A stretch of 36,127 bases of DNA from a virus (lineage: Duplodnaviria; Caudoviricetes): IMG/VR virus record IMGVR_UViG_3300048882_000035, positions 1 through 36,127 of that record; one strand, given 5' to 3'. The position numbers were made by a program, and so were the translations under genes. The notes under the pieces were generated by a model. That model had not been told where the DNA came from. It ran no database searches and saw nothing but the letters and a program-made list of their open reading frames with translations. Positions 5,352-16,512 of this stretch are shown here, piece by piece. Within the stretch, counting starts at the first letter, position 1. Each line of letters begins with the position of its first letter.

Positions 5352-7783
5352 ATCTAGCTAACGAGCAAGAGAAGATTGAGAAAGAGATGAACTCTTTAGG
5401 TATTGACAGGTACTACAAGAATATCCGTAATGCCAGAAAGAGTGGAGGAGAGTCTACTACTCTCTATGGAATAACTCTAATGAAGGAGGCTGTAGATGTA
5501 GTCACAGAAGGACTACAAGAGTTTCTTAAGGTTGCACTAGCAGGAGGTGTAGGTAAGTATCAGAACTCTGCTCTCACACTAGGACTAATGGATAGTGAGG
5601 TTTGTGCGTACCTGACTCTGAAGTATGCTATTGATGGAGTGTCTACCAGAAGTCCTTTTACTCGTGTTGCCATGAAGTTAGCTGGTGCAGTAGAGGATCA
5701 ATTCAAGTTTGATATATGGGAGAAGGGTAAAAATTCTAAAAAAATATTTAGGAGAATTAAGAAGAAGATCACTTCACGTACCAGTAACAGGCTCTACAGG
5801 AGGTACAACATCATACGTACTATGTCTAGGATGGAGATGTTGGAGCATCCTACATGGTCTAAACAGGAGAAACTCCACTTAGGTAGCAAACTTATTGACA
5901 TACTTATTCAGACAACTGGACTAATGGAGGTCAAAACAGTACAATTTGGTAGAAGTAGGAGAGTTATCTACCTTCAAGCTAATAAAGCTACCCTTTTCTG
6001 GATAGAGAATGTCAATAAAGAGGGGGAAGGTCTCCATCCATACTTTTATCCATGTGTGATACCACCAAAGGACTGGAGTTCACCATTTAATGGTGGCTAC
6101 CACACTAAAAAGATCGACTCAATCTCTCTGATAAAGACTAGAAACAGGAGTTATCTTCAGGAAATGACACACCACTCAATGCCACTAGAGTATGGTGCAA
6201 TAAATGCACTCCAAAGGACTAAGTGGGCTGTAAATAACAAGATACTAGATGTTATTCAGCAATGTTGGGAAACTGGTGAGTCATGGGCTTCACTTCCACC
6301 TAGAGAGGACTACAAAGTACTACCTAGTCCAGTACAGGGTCACAAGAAGAACATGACAGAGGATCAACTGGAGTTATTCATACGTTGGAAGAAGAAGGCT
6401 ACCCAAGTACACGACATGAATGCCAAGATGACCAGCAAACGTATCCAACTAGTCAGGACTCTTGCAATGGCAAGAAAGTTTAGGCAATACAAGTCTATCT
6501 ACTTTGTGTACCAATGTGACTTCAGAGGACGAAAGTATACAGTTAATTCCTTCTTAACACCACAAGGCCCAGATTATGCAAAGGCTTTACTTCAGTTCTC
6601 AGATGTGTTTCCCATCAACAATGAGGAACAAAGGGACTACTTTGCAGTACATGGTGCAAATTCTTATGGTTACGACAAGGTATCATTCAAGGATAGAGTG
6701 GCGTGGGCTTTGGAAAATACTGATAACATTAAGCATTCTGCAAGAGAACCACTTAACTTTAGGTGGTGGACAAAAGCAGATGAACCTTGGACTTTCTTGG
6801 CATGGTGTTTTGAGTGGGCAGAGTTTAGTGACGCAGGTTATGGGTTTATGTCAAGACTACCTGTGTGTCTCGATGGGTCTAATAATGGACTCCAACACTT
6901 CTCAGCTATGCTCAGAGATACCATAGGTGGAAAAGCTACAAACCTTACACCTGAACCAATACCACAGGATATTTATCAGATGGTTGCAGATGTAGTAAAA
7001 GGGAAGGTAGAAGAGGACGCTAAGTCAGGAGAACCTTACTCAAAAGAGTGGCTAGCCTTTGGAATAGATCGTAAGATCACCAAGAGACCTGTAATGGTAG
7101 TACCCTATGGTGGAACTAGGTTTAGCTGTAGAGAGTACGTAGAAGATGCTATGAATGAAAGAATAATAGCTACAAAAGTGAATCCATTTGGAGACCATAC
7201 TTACGAAGGTTCTCTGTATCTCTCAAAGCATGTATGGGAAGCTATTAGTGAAGTAGTTATCAAAGCACGTGAAGCTATGTCGTGGCTACAGGATATTGGA
7301 AGGAAAATGGCAAGTAAAAATCTTCCTATAACATGGGAAACACCTTCAAAGTTTGTGGTTCAACAGATATACTCAAGTATGAAGGCAAAGAGGATTACCA
7401 CACACATAGATAACGTACTGATAAAGCCTACTATTTTAGAAGAGACTACTAAGATAGACAGAAGAAGGACAATTAATGGAGTGTCTCCAAACTTCGTACA
7501 TAGTATGGATGCAACGGCACTCACACTAACTATTAACAGATGTATAAAGGATGGGATACACGATTACTCTGTAGTCCATGACTCATTTGGGGTACACGCA
7601 CACTTTGTACCAAGACTAGCTAATTCCATTAGAGAATCATTTGTTGATATGTATTCTAAGACAGATGTACTGGAAGAGTTCTATGAAAATGTGGTGGATG
7701 TTATTCCAGACTTAGAGGAGCCACCATCAAGAGGGGAACTAGATATTAAGGGGGTGCTGGACTCCAAGTATTTCTTCTCGTAG
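5348..7783 (+). CDS. T7-like single-subunit DNA-directed RNA polymerase (gp1-like)
   Basis: DFRGRKY, LDGSNNGLQH (motif A), RKITKRPVMVVPYG (motif B), VHDSFG (motif C), C-terminal YFFS; TTG start with AAGGAGG. Confidence 0.98.
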   Translation: MNLANEQEKIEKEMNSLGIDRYYKNIRNARKSGGESTTLYGITLMKEAVDVVTEGLQEFLKVALAGGVGKYQNSALTLGLMDSEVCAYLTLKYAIDGVSTRSPFTRVAMKLAGAVEDQFKFDIWEKGKNSKKIFRRIKKKITSRTSNRLYRRYNIIRTMSRMEMLEHPTWSKQEKLHLGSKLIDILIQTTGLMEVKTVQFGRSRRVIYLQANKATLFWIENVNKEGEGLHPYFYPCVIPPKDWSSPFNGGYHTKKIDSISLIKTRNRSYLQEMTHHSMPLEYGAINALQRTKWAVNNKILDVIQQCWETGESWASLPPREDYKVLPSPVQGHKKNMTEDQLELFIRWKKKATQVHDMNAKMTSKRIQLVRTLAMARKFRQYKSIYFVYQCDFRGRKYTVNSFLTPQGPDYAKALLQFSDVFPINNEEQRDYFAVHGANSYGYDKVSFKDRVAWALENTDNIKHSAREPLNFRWWTKADEPWTFLAWCFEWAEFSDAGYGFMSRLPVCLDGSNNGLQHFSAMLRDTIGGKATNLTPEPIPQDIYQMVADVVKGKVEEDAKSGEPYSKEWLAFGIDRKITKRPVMVVPYGGTRFSCREYVEDAMNERIIATKVNPFGDHTYEGSLYLSKHVWEAISEVVIKAREAMSWLQDIGRKMASKNLPITWETPSKFVVQQIYSSMKAKRITTHIDNVLIKPTILEETTKIDRRRTINGVSPNFVHSMDATALTLTINRCIKDGIHDYSVVHDSFGVHAHFVPRLANSIRESFVDMYSKTDVLEEFYENVVDVIPDLEEPPSRGELDIKGVLDSKYFFS

Positions 7784-7803
7784 AATGTGGACATTCTTGT
7801 AAT
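7784..7803 (+). promoter_or_regulatory. Putative phage RNAP promoter (variant)
   Basis: AATGTGGACATTCTTGTAAT directly after the RNAP stop; shares AATGTGGACATT with 29615-29626. Confidence 0.65.
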
Positions 7804-7848
7804 GACCACAACCATAACAATAACACACACACAAAGAAAGGAAGTAAT

Positions 7849-8475
7849 ATGGCAGGAAAATATCAAGTAACACCAGTTGGTGAATTTGAATATCCTCATA
7901 TACTGGTTGCAGATACAATGCATAAAGCAGAAGGTCTGTATCACGTTAAACTTATCTTAAAGGATAAGGAAGCAGAGGATTTCCAAGAGATGGTCGATAA
8001 TGCTCACAATACTTGGAAGGAGAAGTGTCTTTCTGAGAACCCGAAGGGTGGATGGAAAGAATGGCTTCCATACAAGAGTAAGACTGATGAAGAGGGAATG
8101 GAAATAGGAACTATGTTTCATTTCAAACTTAAAGCATCAGGAATAAACTCTAAAACTGGTGAGACCTTCACACAAAAACCTGTAGTAGTCGGGCCAAATA
8201 AGGCTCCCATTCCTAATAATATAAAAGTAGCGAATGGATCAACAGGTAAAGTAGCTTACGAAATAGCTCCATACCTTCATGGACAATCTTTAGGTCTACA
8301 GCTTCGTCTACGTATGGTACAAGTGCTTAACCTTATTGAGTACATACCTAGTGTTGACGCAGGTGATATATTTGAAGTAGAAGATGGTTACGAGGCTATC
8401 TCAGAAGTGGATACCACCTTTGTAGACGAAGGTGCAGCTTTTGAATCTAGTGAGGAAAAAGCTGGTGACTTTTAG
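7849..8475 (+). CDS. Single-stranded DNA-binding protein (gp2.5-like)
   Basis: TPVGEFEYPH, NGSTGKV, LRLRMVQVLNLIEY, acidic tail ending in Phe. Confidence 0.93.
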   Translation: MAGKYQVTPVGEFEYPHILVADTMHKAEGLYHVKLILKDKEAEDFQEMVDNAHNTWKEKCLSENPKGGWKEWLPYKSKTDEEGMEIGTMFHFKLKASGINSKTGETFTQKPVVVGPNKAPIPNNIKVANGSTGKVAYEIAPYLHGQSLGLQLRLRMVQVLNLIEYIPSVDAGDIFEVEDGYEAISEVDTTFVDEGAAFESSEEKAGDF

Positions 8476-8833
8476 ATCTGGACTTGAGCAACGGATAGCG
8501 GACAACTTAGCACAACACAAATGTTTATTTGAGTATGAGCCAATGTCCGTTGCTTATACCATAGATTATAAGTACACACCAGACTTTGTGCTAGATAATG
8601 GAATTGTAATTGAAGCAAAAGGATTCTTCAGGTATGAAGCTCAAAGAAAGTATAGAGCAGTACGTGAGGCACATCCTGAGTTAGACATAAGATTTATCTT
8701 TTCAAACATTAATAGTAAAGTACAACGCTCTAAACTAACATGTGGTGAGTGGTGTGAGAAACATAACTTTCAATATGCACAAGAGAATATTCCTATAGAG
8801 TGGATGGAACATGTCAAGAAGAAAAGAGACTAA
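8465..8833 (+). CDS. Endonuclease I / Holliday junction resolvase (gp3-like)
   Basis: FRSGLE, YTPDF, IEAKG, HPELDIRFIF; GTG 8465 with GAGG SD. Confidence 0.95.
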   Translation: MTFRSGLEQRIADNLAQHKCLFEYEPMSVAYTIDYKYTPDFVLDNGIVIEAKGFFRYEAQRKYRAVREAHPELDIRFIFSNINSKVQRSKLTCGEWCEKHNFQYAQENIPIEWMEHVKKKRD

Positions 8834-9266
8834 TTACATAATAATTCATTCCACTAATACGAAACCTAATGTAGACTTGAGTGCAAGAGACATAGACGAG
8901 AGACACAGGAAAAGAGGACTACTTAAGATTGGTTACCATTGTGTAATAAAAAGAGATGGAACCATTGAGGTTGGTAGACCTTTTAATGAAATTGGAGCAC
9001 ACGTACAAGAGTATGACAGTCAATCCATTGGTATTTGTATCATTGGAGGTAAGAATAATACAGGTGTAGTTGCTCCAGATTATTCTGCCCAACAGCAGAA
9101 AGCACTATATGTACTTATCAAAACTTTGACATACATGTACAAGGATGCTAAAGTTGTTGGGCATAACAAACTAGAAAAAACGGACTGTCCTTCATTTGAT
9201 GTTGAAGAGTGGTGGAAGTCTAATTATCAAAATATACCAATCAATTTTAAAGTTAGGGGATTATGA
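8811..9266 (+). CDS. N-acetylmuramoyl-L-alanine amidase (gp3.5-like lysozyme)
   Basis: IIIHST, IGYH, GAH, SIGICIIGG, GH...CPSFDV. Confidence 0.95.
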   Translation: MSRRKETNYIIIHSTNTKPNVDLSARDIDERHRKRGLLKIGYHCVIKRDGTIEVGRPFNEIGAHVQEYDSQSIGICIIGGKNNTGVVAPDYSAQQQKALYVLIKTLTYMYKDAKVVGHNKLEKTDCPSFDVEEWWKSNYQNIPINFKVRGL

Positions 9267-9544
9267 AAAGTGCTAAAGATTATAAAGAAGAACTAGGTTT
9301 ACCAGATGGAGATGAGATCAGAGAATTTTACGGATTTCATTATAGGGCTAGTGATGGTTGTATAGGTCTTGAAGATAATATAACTAAGAAAACACAGATG
9401 TCCTTTGAAGCTCACTCATTACAAGCTGTCTTAGATAACTTTCACACGTTTTTAACTACTGTAGGATTTGGCTATGTTGGTGATATTACAATAGAAAGTA
9501 AGGACGGAGAGAAATGTTGGGGTACTAATGGATCACACAAATGA
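9263..9544 (+). CDS. Hypothetical protein
   Basis: 93-aa ORF coupled to the amidase (ATGA overlap). Confidence 0.75.
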   Translation: MKSAKDYKEELGLPDGDEIREFYGFHYRASDGCIGLEDNITKKTQMSFEAHSLQAVLDNFHTFLTTVGFGYVGDITIESKDGEKCWGTNGSHK

Positions 9545-11177
9545 GGAAAGTGAGTTTTTACAACACGAACCATGCCCAAAGTGTGGGTCTCGTGACAACT
9601 TAGCACGTTATAGTGACGGACATGCTTACTGTTTTGGGTGTGAGCATAGAGAAAACACAGGAGGAGAACAGAAAGTAGTAATAAAGAAAGGGGAAAAGAA
9701 TATGGATTTTGTTGAAGGAGAGATAGCAAATCTTAGTGCAAGAGGAATAACTGAAGAGACTTGTAGGAAGTGGGACTACAGAATAGGTGAGGTTGCAGGA
9801 CAGCCAGTTCAAGTTGCAAACTACAAAGATTCTAGTGGTACTCGCATTGCACAAAAGATTCGCTTTAAAAATAAAGATTTCCACGTTAGAGGAGACATAA
9901 AAGAGGCTGGATTATATGGTCAACATCTCTGGTCAGGAAAAGGTAAGAAAGCTATAATCTGTGAAGGAGAAATTGATGCTTTATCCGTTTCTCAGTCTCA
10001 AGGTAACAGATGGCCTGTATATTCTATTCCAAGTGGGTCAGCAGGAGCTTCAAAAGCTATCCGTAAGAGCATAGAACTACTCAATGGGTACGATGAGGTC
10101 ATATTCTGTTTTGATAGCGATGAAGCAGGTACTAAGGCATCGAGAGAGTGTGCTCAAGTTTTACCACCGGGTAAAGCTAAGATAGCAAAGTTACCACTAA
10201 AGGATGCAAATGAGATGCTCAAGAGTGGAAGAGTAAAGGAGTTAGTTGACTGTATCTGGCAAGCACAGGTCTATCGACCAGACGGCATCATAAATGGTAA
10301 AGACCTATGGGACATTGTTAGTGCTGAAGATTCAATGGCATCATGTTCCTATCCATTTGAAGGAGTCAACAAAAAGACTCTTGGAATCCGAAAAGGTGAG
10401 ATAGTTACAATCACAGCAGGAGCAGGTATAGGTAAGTCACAAGTTTGCCGTGAGATTGCTAATCACATGTTGAATCAAGAGGAAACAATAGGTTACATTG
10501 CATTAGAAGAGTCTAACAAACGTACTGGATTAGGGTTCATGGGGTTACACCTAAATAAGCCACTACATCTTGGTACAGTTGAGGTGACAGATGAAGAATT
10601 TAAAGACGCATTTGATAGCACCTTGAATACTGGTAACATCTACATGTATGACCATTGGGGTTCACTACAAGGTGACAACCTACTATCTAAGATTAGGTAC
10701 ATGGTGACTGCATGTGGATGCGGATATATCATTCTAGACCACATCTCAATAGTAGTATCAGGAATTGAAGAGGGTGACGAGAGAAGAACTATTGATAACC
10801 TGATGACTAAGCTACGTGGGTTAGTAGAAGAGGTAAACTGTGGACTGATACTTGTGTCACACCTGAAGAGACCACAAGGTAACAAAGGACATGAAGATGG
10901 AGCACAGACTAGTATGGCTCAATTAAGAGGTTCGGCCTCCATAGGACAACTGTCTGATATTGTTATCGGTTGTGAAAGAGACCAGCAAGGTGAAGACCCA
11001 GATCGTACTACAGTACGAGTGTTGAAGAACAGATGGACAGGAGAAACAGGTATTGCCTGTAGTTTGGACTACAATCACGAAACAGGTAGGTTGACTGAAA
11101 TACTATATGAAGAAGATGATCTACCTTTTGAGGATGAAAGTGAACAAGAGTGGACAGGAGAAAGTACTAATTTTTAA
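9528..11177 (+). CDS. DNA primase-helicase (gp4-like)
   Basis: CPKC...CFGC zinc finger, CEGEID and FDSD TOPRIM motifs, Walker A AGAGIGKS, ILDHIS, LRGSASIGQLSD, KNRWTG. Confidence 0.97.
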   Translation: MDHTNEESEFLQHEPCPKCGSRDNLARYSDGHAYCFGCEHRENTGGEQKVVIKKGEKNMDFVEGEIANLSARGITEETCRKWDYRIGEVAGQPVQVANYKDSSGTRIAQKIRFKNKDFHVRGDIKEAGLYGQHLWSGKGKKAIICEGEIDALSVSQSQGNRWPVYSIPSGSAGASKAIRKSIELLNGYDEVIFCFDSDEAGTKASRECAQVLPPGKAKIAKLPLKDANEMLKSGRVKELVDCIWQAQVYRPDGIINGKDLWDIVSAEDSMASCSYPFEGVNKKTLGIRKGEIVTITAGAGIGKSQVCREIANHMLNQEETIGYIALEESNKRTGLGFMGLHLNKPLHLGTVEVTDEEFKDAFDSTLNTGNIYMYDHWGSLQGDNLLSKIRYMVTACGCGYIILDHISIVVSGIEEGDERRTIDNLMTKLRGLVEEVNCGLILVSHLKRPQGNKGHEDGAQTSMAQLRGSASIGQLSDIVIGCERDQQGEDPDRTTVRVLKNRWTGETGIACSLDYNHETGRLTEILYEEDDLPFEDESEQEWTGESTNF

Positions 11178-11189
11178 TTGAGGGGGATT

Positions 11190-12950
11190 ATGAAAAGTTG
11201 CGTATTTGATATTGAAACAGATGGACTGATAGAAGAGTTCACTAAAGTACATTGTTTAGTTGTGTACGACATAGAAGAAGACAGGCTATTCTCTTTTGTA
11301 GGTGACGAAGTAGAGGACGGACTATTTTACCTGAAAAATTTCAACCGGATTATAGGTCACAACATTATATCCTTTGACCTGCCTATCCTGAAAAAGTTTT
11401 TCAAATGGGAACCAAACTCAAGTCAAGAAGTGGTGGACACACTAGTCATGTCTAAACTAATCTATCCTAACAGGGCAGTAAGAGATGCAAAGAAGAACTC
11501 AATTAGCAAAGACATGTATGGTAGACACTCTCTTAAATCTTGGGGTCAAAGACTAGGACTACATAAAGGAGACTTTACTGACTTCAAAGAGTTCAGTCCT
11601 GAGATGGTAATATATTGTGAGAATGATGTTGAGCTTAATCACTTACTCTATCGTAAGCTTATTGAAGCAAAGTTCTCTGAAGAGTCTATCAGACTAGAGC
11701 ATGACATCCATAAGATTTGTTTGAAACAGACTGAAAACGGATTCCCTTTTGATCTCAGAAAAGCTTCTAGATTATATGGTATTCTGGCTGAGAAGAGGGG
11801 CATACTTCAGAAGGAACTTAAGGAAGCCTTTGGAAACTGGACAGAATCAGAAACCTTTATTCCAAAAGTTAATAACAAAGCTAGAGGGTACGTCAAAGGA
11901 GTTCCCTTTATAAAAGAAAAAGTAATTACGTTTAACCCCAACTCTCGTAAGCATATAGCAAAGAGGCTACATGATATTCATGGATGGAAACCTACAGAGT
12001 TTACTCCCACAGAAGAACCTAAGATTGATGAGAGTGTACTAGATAAGTTACCATACCCAGAAGCTCAACTAATGGCAGAGGCATTCAGGGTTAATAAACT
12101 AATAGCACAATTATCAGAGGGGAAACATGCATGGCTATATCACGAGAAGGACGGAAAGATACACGGATCAGTTAATACAATGGGTTCAGTCTCAAGTAGA
12201 TGCTCTCATTCACACCCTAACATCGGTCAAGTACCTAGTGTCGGAGGATTCTATGGAAAAGAATGTAGAGAACTATTTTATGCACCAAAAGGCTTTAGCT
12301 TACTCGGTTGTGACGTTTCAGGTCTTGAGATTAGGGTTGTGTCTCATTATCTTGCAACCTTTGATGGCGGTGATTATGCTAAAACTGTTATTGAAGGAGA
12401 CATACACGAGGCTAACAGGGTGGCTACTAACCTGCCTACTAGAGATCAAGCTAAGACTTTTATTTACGGACTACTTTATGGTGCTGGAGATGCCAAGCTC
12501 GGACAGATTGTTGGAAAAGATGCGAGAGAAGGTAAGAAACTTAAGGACTTATTTTTTAAGAAAGTTCCAGCGTTCAAGAAACTGAGACAAAAGGTATTCA
12601 GTAAAGCTGAAAGAGGATTCTTGTTTGGCCTTGATGGTAGAAAAGTACCAGTCAGGTCTGTACACTCCTCACTTAACTCACTTTGCCAATCCGCAGGTGC
12701 TATTATATGTAAGAAGTGGGTGGTAGAGTTTCATAAGTGTATGGAGGAAGAGGGATTTAAAGAGGGACAAGACTATGAACAGGTTGCTTTTGTTCATGAT
12801 GAGATACAAGTACTTGTTAGAGAAGGTATTGAAGACAAGGTAGGTAAGATAGCTATTGACTCAATAACTAAAGCAGGAAAACTTTTAGGTCTGAAAGTAC
12901 CGCTAACAGGTGAGTATAACTTTGGTTCTAATTGGGCTGAAACACACTAA
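11190..12950 (+). CDS. Family A DNA polymerase (gp5-like)
   Basis: FDIETDG (ExoI), GHNIISFD (ExoII), YCENDV (ExoIII), DVSGLE (A), [14 protein letters not shown] (B, Tyr at the 762-equivalent), VHDE (C). Confidence 0.97.
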   Translation: MKSCVFDIETDGLIEEFTKVHCLVVYDIEEDRLFSFVGDEVEDGLFYLKNFNRIIGHNIISFDLPILKKFFKWEPNSSQEVVDTLVMSKLIYPNRAVRDAKKNSISKDMYGRHSLKSWGQRLGLHKGDFTDFKEFSPEMVIYCENDVELNHLLYRKLIEAKFSEESIRLEHDIHKICLKQTENGFPFDLRKASRLYGILAEKRGILQKELKEAFGNWTESETFIPKVNNKARGYVKGVPFIKEKVITFNPNSRKHIAKRLHDIHGWKPTEFTPTEEPKIDESVLDKLPYPEAQLMAEAFRVNKLIAQLSEGKHAWLYHEKDGKIHGSVNTMGSVSSRCSHSHPNIGQVPSVGGFYGKECRELFYAPKGFSLLGCDVSGLEIRVVSHYLATFDGGDYAKTVIEGDIHEANRVATNLPTRDQAKTFIYGLLYGAGDAKLGQIVGKDAREGKKLKDLFFKKVPAFKKLRQKVFSKAERGFLFGLDGRKVPVRSVHSSLNSLCQSAGAIICKKWVVEFHKCMEEEGFKEGQDYEQVAFVHDEIQVLVREGIEDKVGKIAIDSITKAGKLLGLKVPLTGEYNFGSNWAETH

Positions 12951-12963
12951 TCAAAAGGGGAAT

Positions 12964-13716
12964 ATGAAATTACTTATAGACGGAGACATCTTAGTATACA
13001 AAAGTTGTCTTGTAGTTGAGAAAGAAGTAGACTGGGGTGATGATATTTGGACATTACATTGTGACTTCAAAGATGTAAAGAGACTCATTGACAAAGAATT
13101 ATCTGAGCTACAAGAGAAGTCAGGTGCAGACTCAGTTATGATATGCCTGAGTTCACACCTAAACTTTAGAAAAGACATTAATCCAGAGTACAAATCTAAA
13201 AGGGTAGGCACAAGAAAACCTGTGTGCTACATACCTTCTAGAGAATACATATCAGAAAAGTATGAATCTACTATGTCTAAGTGGCTAGAAGCAGACGATC
13301 TTCTTGGTATCCTGTGTACACAGAGTCCTGAAGACACTTGTATAGTATCAGCAGACAAAGACTTACTCACAATTCCGGGTAAGCATTGGGACTTCCAAAC
13401 GGAACAGGTGTATGACTTAAGTGAGAGTATGGCAGAGAGAAACTTCTTAATGCAAACATTAACTGGAGACTCCGTAGATGGTTACTCAGGATGTACTGGA
13501 ATAGGTAAGGTTTCAGCAACTAGAATCCTAGATGATATAGATAAGAAGGAAAAAAACAGATGGGCAGGAGTATTAAAGACTTATGAGGAAAAAGGATACT
13601 CTAAAGAGGACGCTGTTACTCAAGCTCGGATGGCATACATACTACAAAAGAACCAGTTCAATGGGATAGATAAGTATCCTTCACTTTGGGAACCACCAGT
13701 AAAGGAGACAGGATGA
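12964..13716 (+). CDS. 5'-3' exonuclease (gp6-like)
   Basis: [35 protein letters not shown]. Confidence 0.95.
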   Translation: MKLLIDGDILVYKSCLVVEKEVDWGDDIWTLHCDFKDVKRLIDKELSELQEKSGADSVMICLSSHLNFRKDINPEYKSKRVGTRKPVCYIPSREYISEKYESTMSKWLEADDLLGILCTQSPEDTCIVSADKDLLTIPGKHWDFQTEQVYDLSESMAERNFLMQTLTGDSVDGYSGCTGIGKVSATRILDDIDKKEKNRWAGVLKTYEEKGYSKEDAVTQARMAYILQKNQFNGIDKYPSLWEPPVKETG

Positions 13717-14153
13717 GTAACTACGACCTAGATGAGATAGAAAGAAAGAAATCTCAGAAACAAAAGGAACAATGGAGAGAATACGTTGACAAGAGTTTAC
13801 AACATCCACTAGGATTCGGAAGAGATGACCAAGACAATATTAAAAATGTTCTACGTAACGCTCCAAAGCCTATTCAGCAATGGGATGCACAAACTCAATC
13901 CTATATACAGTTTGATGACGATCAAGATAACATACGTTTTTTACATGAGAATGAGGAAGTAACTAATCCTAAACACTACGTGGGGTTAGGTATTACACCC
14001 CTTGAGTACATAACTGCTAATGAGTTAGACTTTCTAGAGGGAAATGTGATTAAATACATTACTCGATACCCACATAAGGGTGGAGTAAACGACTTACTGA
14101 AAGCAAGAACATACTTAGAAAAACTAATTGAACGAGAGGTTGAAAAATCATGA
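13713..14153 (+). CDS. DUF3310 / gp1.7-like nucleotide kinase family protein
   Basis: VTNPKHY...[29 protein letters not shown]; AAGGAG SD favours ATG 13713. Confidence 0.85.
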   Translation: MSNYDLDEIERKKSQKQKEQWREYVDKSLQHPLGFGRDDQDNIKNVLRNAPKPIQQWDAQTQSYIQFDDDQDNIRFLHENEEVTNPKHYVGLGITPLEYITANELDFLEGNVIKYITRYPHKGGVNDLLKARTYLEKLIEREVEKS

Positions 14154-16090
14154 GCAACATATTACCGACACAGTACCAACAGTATATCCACCTCTCAAGA
14201 TACTCACGTTGGGACTACAATAATAAACGAAGAGAGACATGGGAAGAGACAGTAGACAGGTACTTCAAGTTCTTTAGAGGACATCTCAAAGAGAACTGTG
14301 GTTACACAGTAGACAAGAAGTTAGAGAGTATACTGAAGAGTGCAGTTTATTCCCTGCAAATTATGCCGTCAATGAGGTGCTTAATGACCGCAGGAGAGGC
14401 ATTAGAGAAAGAGAATGTAGCAGGTTACAACTGTGCTTACTTACCTATTGACTCTCCAAGATCATTTGATGAACTACTCTATGTACTCATGAATGGTACT
14501 GGTGTTGGATTCTCAGTTGAATACAAGTACACTAGCTTGCTTCCGTTTGTACCTGACACCTTACATGAAACAGATTCACTAATAGTTGTTAGAGACTCTA
14601 AGTTAGGATGGGCTAAAGCATTTAGAGAACTTATCTCCCTACTTTACTCAGGTCTAATACCTAAGTGGGACATGAGTGGAGTTAGGGAAGCAGGTGCACC
14701 TTTGAAAACTTTTGGAGGTAGAGCTAGTGGGCCTGAACCTTTAGAGGAACTATTCAGGTTTGCTGTGAGGACATTTAAGGATGCAACATCAACTAAGCTG
14801 ACTCCATTACAATGCCATGACTTAGTATGTAAGACAGCAGAGGTTGTTGTAGTGGGTGGTGTACGAAGGAGTGCTCTCTTATCCTTAAGTGATGTAGGTG
14901 ATGAACAGATGCGTACCTGTAAATCAGGAGAGTGGTGGGGTAGACAATCCCAACGTGCTCTTGCTAATAACTCTGCTAATTACCATAGTAATCCAGATGT
15001 AGGAACATTTCTAAAGGAATGGCAAGCTTTGTATAACTCAAAGTCTGGTGAACGTGGTATATTCAGTAGTGCTAATGCTAAGAAGCATGTTGACACACTA
15101 AACATTGATCTGAAGAACCCACTTAAGGGAGACAGGAGAGAAGCACGAGATGACTTTGGAACTAACCCATGTTCAGAGATAATCCTGAGACCACGAGAGT
15201 TTTGTAACCTGACTGAAGCAGTAGTTAGGAGTGACGACACACCTACTTCCATATCAAAGAAGGTAGAACTAGCAACAATACTAGGTACATGGCAGTCAAC
15301 CCTTACAAACTTTAGATACTTAACTAACAAGTGGAAAACTAACTGTGAAGAGGAGAGACTACTTGGTGTCTCACTCACAGGTGTAATGGATTGCCCACTT
15401 ACTAATGGATCAAGCGGTGAGAACCTACCTAATCTACTTACCAAGTTAAGAGAAAAAGCAATAAAAACTAACGAAGAACATGCTGGTGAACTTGGAATAA
15501 ACAAGTCTGCTAGTATAACTTGCGTTAAACCTTCTGGAACAGTCAGTCAACTTGTTGACTCTGCCTCTGGAATCCACACACGACACAGCCCTTACTACAT
15601 TAGAACAGTTAGAACTGATGTAAAAGATCCCCTGTGTACACTACTAATTGATAGCGGAGTACCTTATGAACCTGACATAACTAATCCCAGTAATGTCATG
15701 GTCTTTTCTTTCCCCATGAGATCCCCTAAGTATTCTCTAACAAGAAAAGATCTATCCGCTATTGGTCAGCTAGAACTTCATGGTATTTACTCTAAGTTTT
15801 GGGCAGAACATAAAGTCAGTCAAACTGTTTCTGTAAAAGAAGAGGAGTGGCTTCCTGTCGGTTCCTATGTTTTTGATAACTTTGATGACATATCTGGAGT
15901 ATCCTTTTTACCTTACTCTGACTACATTTATAAGCAAGCACCATACACAGAGTGTACAAAAGAAGAATTTGATACATTAAGCAAGAGTTTTCCCTCTATT
16001 AATTGGGACAATCTTCTTAAATATGAGACACTTGATAGTACTTCCGGCTCCCAAGAGTTAGCATGTACTGCTGGTAACTGTGAAATATAA
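14150..16090 (+). CDS. nrdJ: Ribonucleotide reductase, class II (adenosylcobalamin-dependent) type
   Basis: RRETWEETVDR, YNC, GGVRRSA, TNPCSEI, VKPSGTVSQL, C-terminal LACTAGNCEI; no beta-subunit gene adjacent. Confidence 0.88.
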   Translation: MSNILPTQYQQYIHLSRYSRWDYNNKRRETWEETVDRYFKFFRGHLKENCGYTVDKKLESILKSAVYSLQIMPSMRCLMTAGEALEKENVAGYNCAYLPIDSPRSFDELLYVLMNGTGVGFSVEYKYTSLLPFVPDTLHETDSLIVVRDSKLGWAKAFRELISLLYSGLIPKWDMSGVREAGAPLKTFGGRASGPEPLEELFRFAVRTFKDATSTKLTPLQCHDLVCKTAEVVVVGGVRRSALLSLSDVGDEQMRTCKSGEWWGRQSQRALANNSANYHSNPDVGTFLKEWQALYNSKSGERGIFSSANAKKHVDTLNIDLKNPLKGDRREARDDFGTNPCSEIILRPREFCNLTEAVVRSDDTPTSISKKVELATILGTWQSTLTNFRYLTNKWKTNCEEERLLGVSLTGVMDCPLTNGSSGENLPNLLTKLREKAIKTNEEHAGELGINKSASITCVKPSGTVSQLVDSASGIHTRHSPYYIRTVRTDVKDPLCTLLIDSGVPYEPDITNPSNVMVFSFPMRSPKYSLTRKDLSAIGQLELHGIYSKFWAEHKVSQTVSVKEEEWLPVGSYVFDNFDDISGVSFLPYSDYIYKQAPYTECTKEEFDTLSKSFPSINWDNLLKYETLDSTSGSQELACTAGNCEI

Positions 16091-16098
16091 GGACATTT

Positions 16099-16302
16099 AT
16101 GGACTATAACTTAGTATCCAAAGAATTAATTCAATACCTTGAGGATCAATTTCCTGATAGACTACCTCCCTATAAAAATGTTCCCTCTGGAACAGACATG
16201 AAAGAAATATCTTATCTTCAAGGCCAACAATCGGTAGTAAAATTATTAACCCAACTCTACGAAGACGACCATGTGTTTAGGAAAGACCCCCCAACCTCCT
16301 AA
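16099..16302 (+). CDS. gp6.5-like small protein
   Basis: LIQYLEDQFPD...YLQGQQSVVKLL; position at the start of the virion module. Confidence 0.7.
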   Translation: MDYNLVSKELIQYLEDQFPDRLPPYKNVPSGTDMKEISYLQGQQSVVKLLTQLYEDDHVFRKDPPTS

Positions 16303-16492
16303 GATAGTGATGCCACCAGCACCGCCTCCACCCGCAATGAGGGATATGCCTGAGTTAGCTCAAGCAGAACTAGAGATGGCTGTGAAGGACACACAAAAAG
16401 GAGCTAAGAGAGAGTATCGAAAAGTAGTTGCAAGCACAGGAACGTCTAAGAGCAGTAGTGCCTACGCTGGTGGAGGACTGCAAACAACGTAA
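16271..16492 (+). CDS. gp6.7-like small virion/ejection protein
   Basis: Met-Cys start, Pro-rich, basic Gly/Ser tail ending GGGLQ; synteny. Confidence 0.65.
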   Translation: MCLGKTPQPPKIVMPPAPPPPAMRDMPELAQAELEMAVKDTQKGAKREYRKVVASTGTSKSSSAYAGGGLQTT

Positions 16493-16512
16493 ACCATTTA
16501 AAAACACACACT

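Noticed and set aside
13824-13934. Duplicated DDQDNI peptide in the DUF3310 gene
   Set aside because: Two short copies in a variable N-terminus; no evident function.
5348-16090. Introns, inteins or homing endonucleases in RNAP, PolA, helicase or RNR
   Set aside because: The ORFs are continuous, of normal or short length, with no intein or HNH motifs seen.
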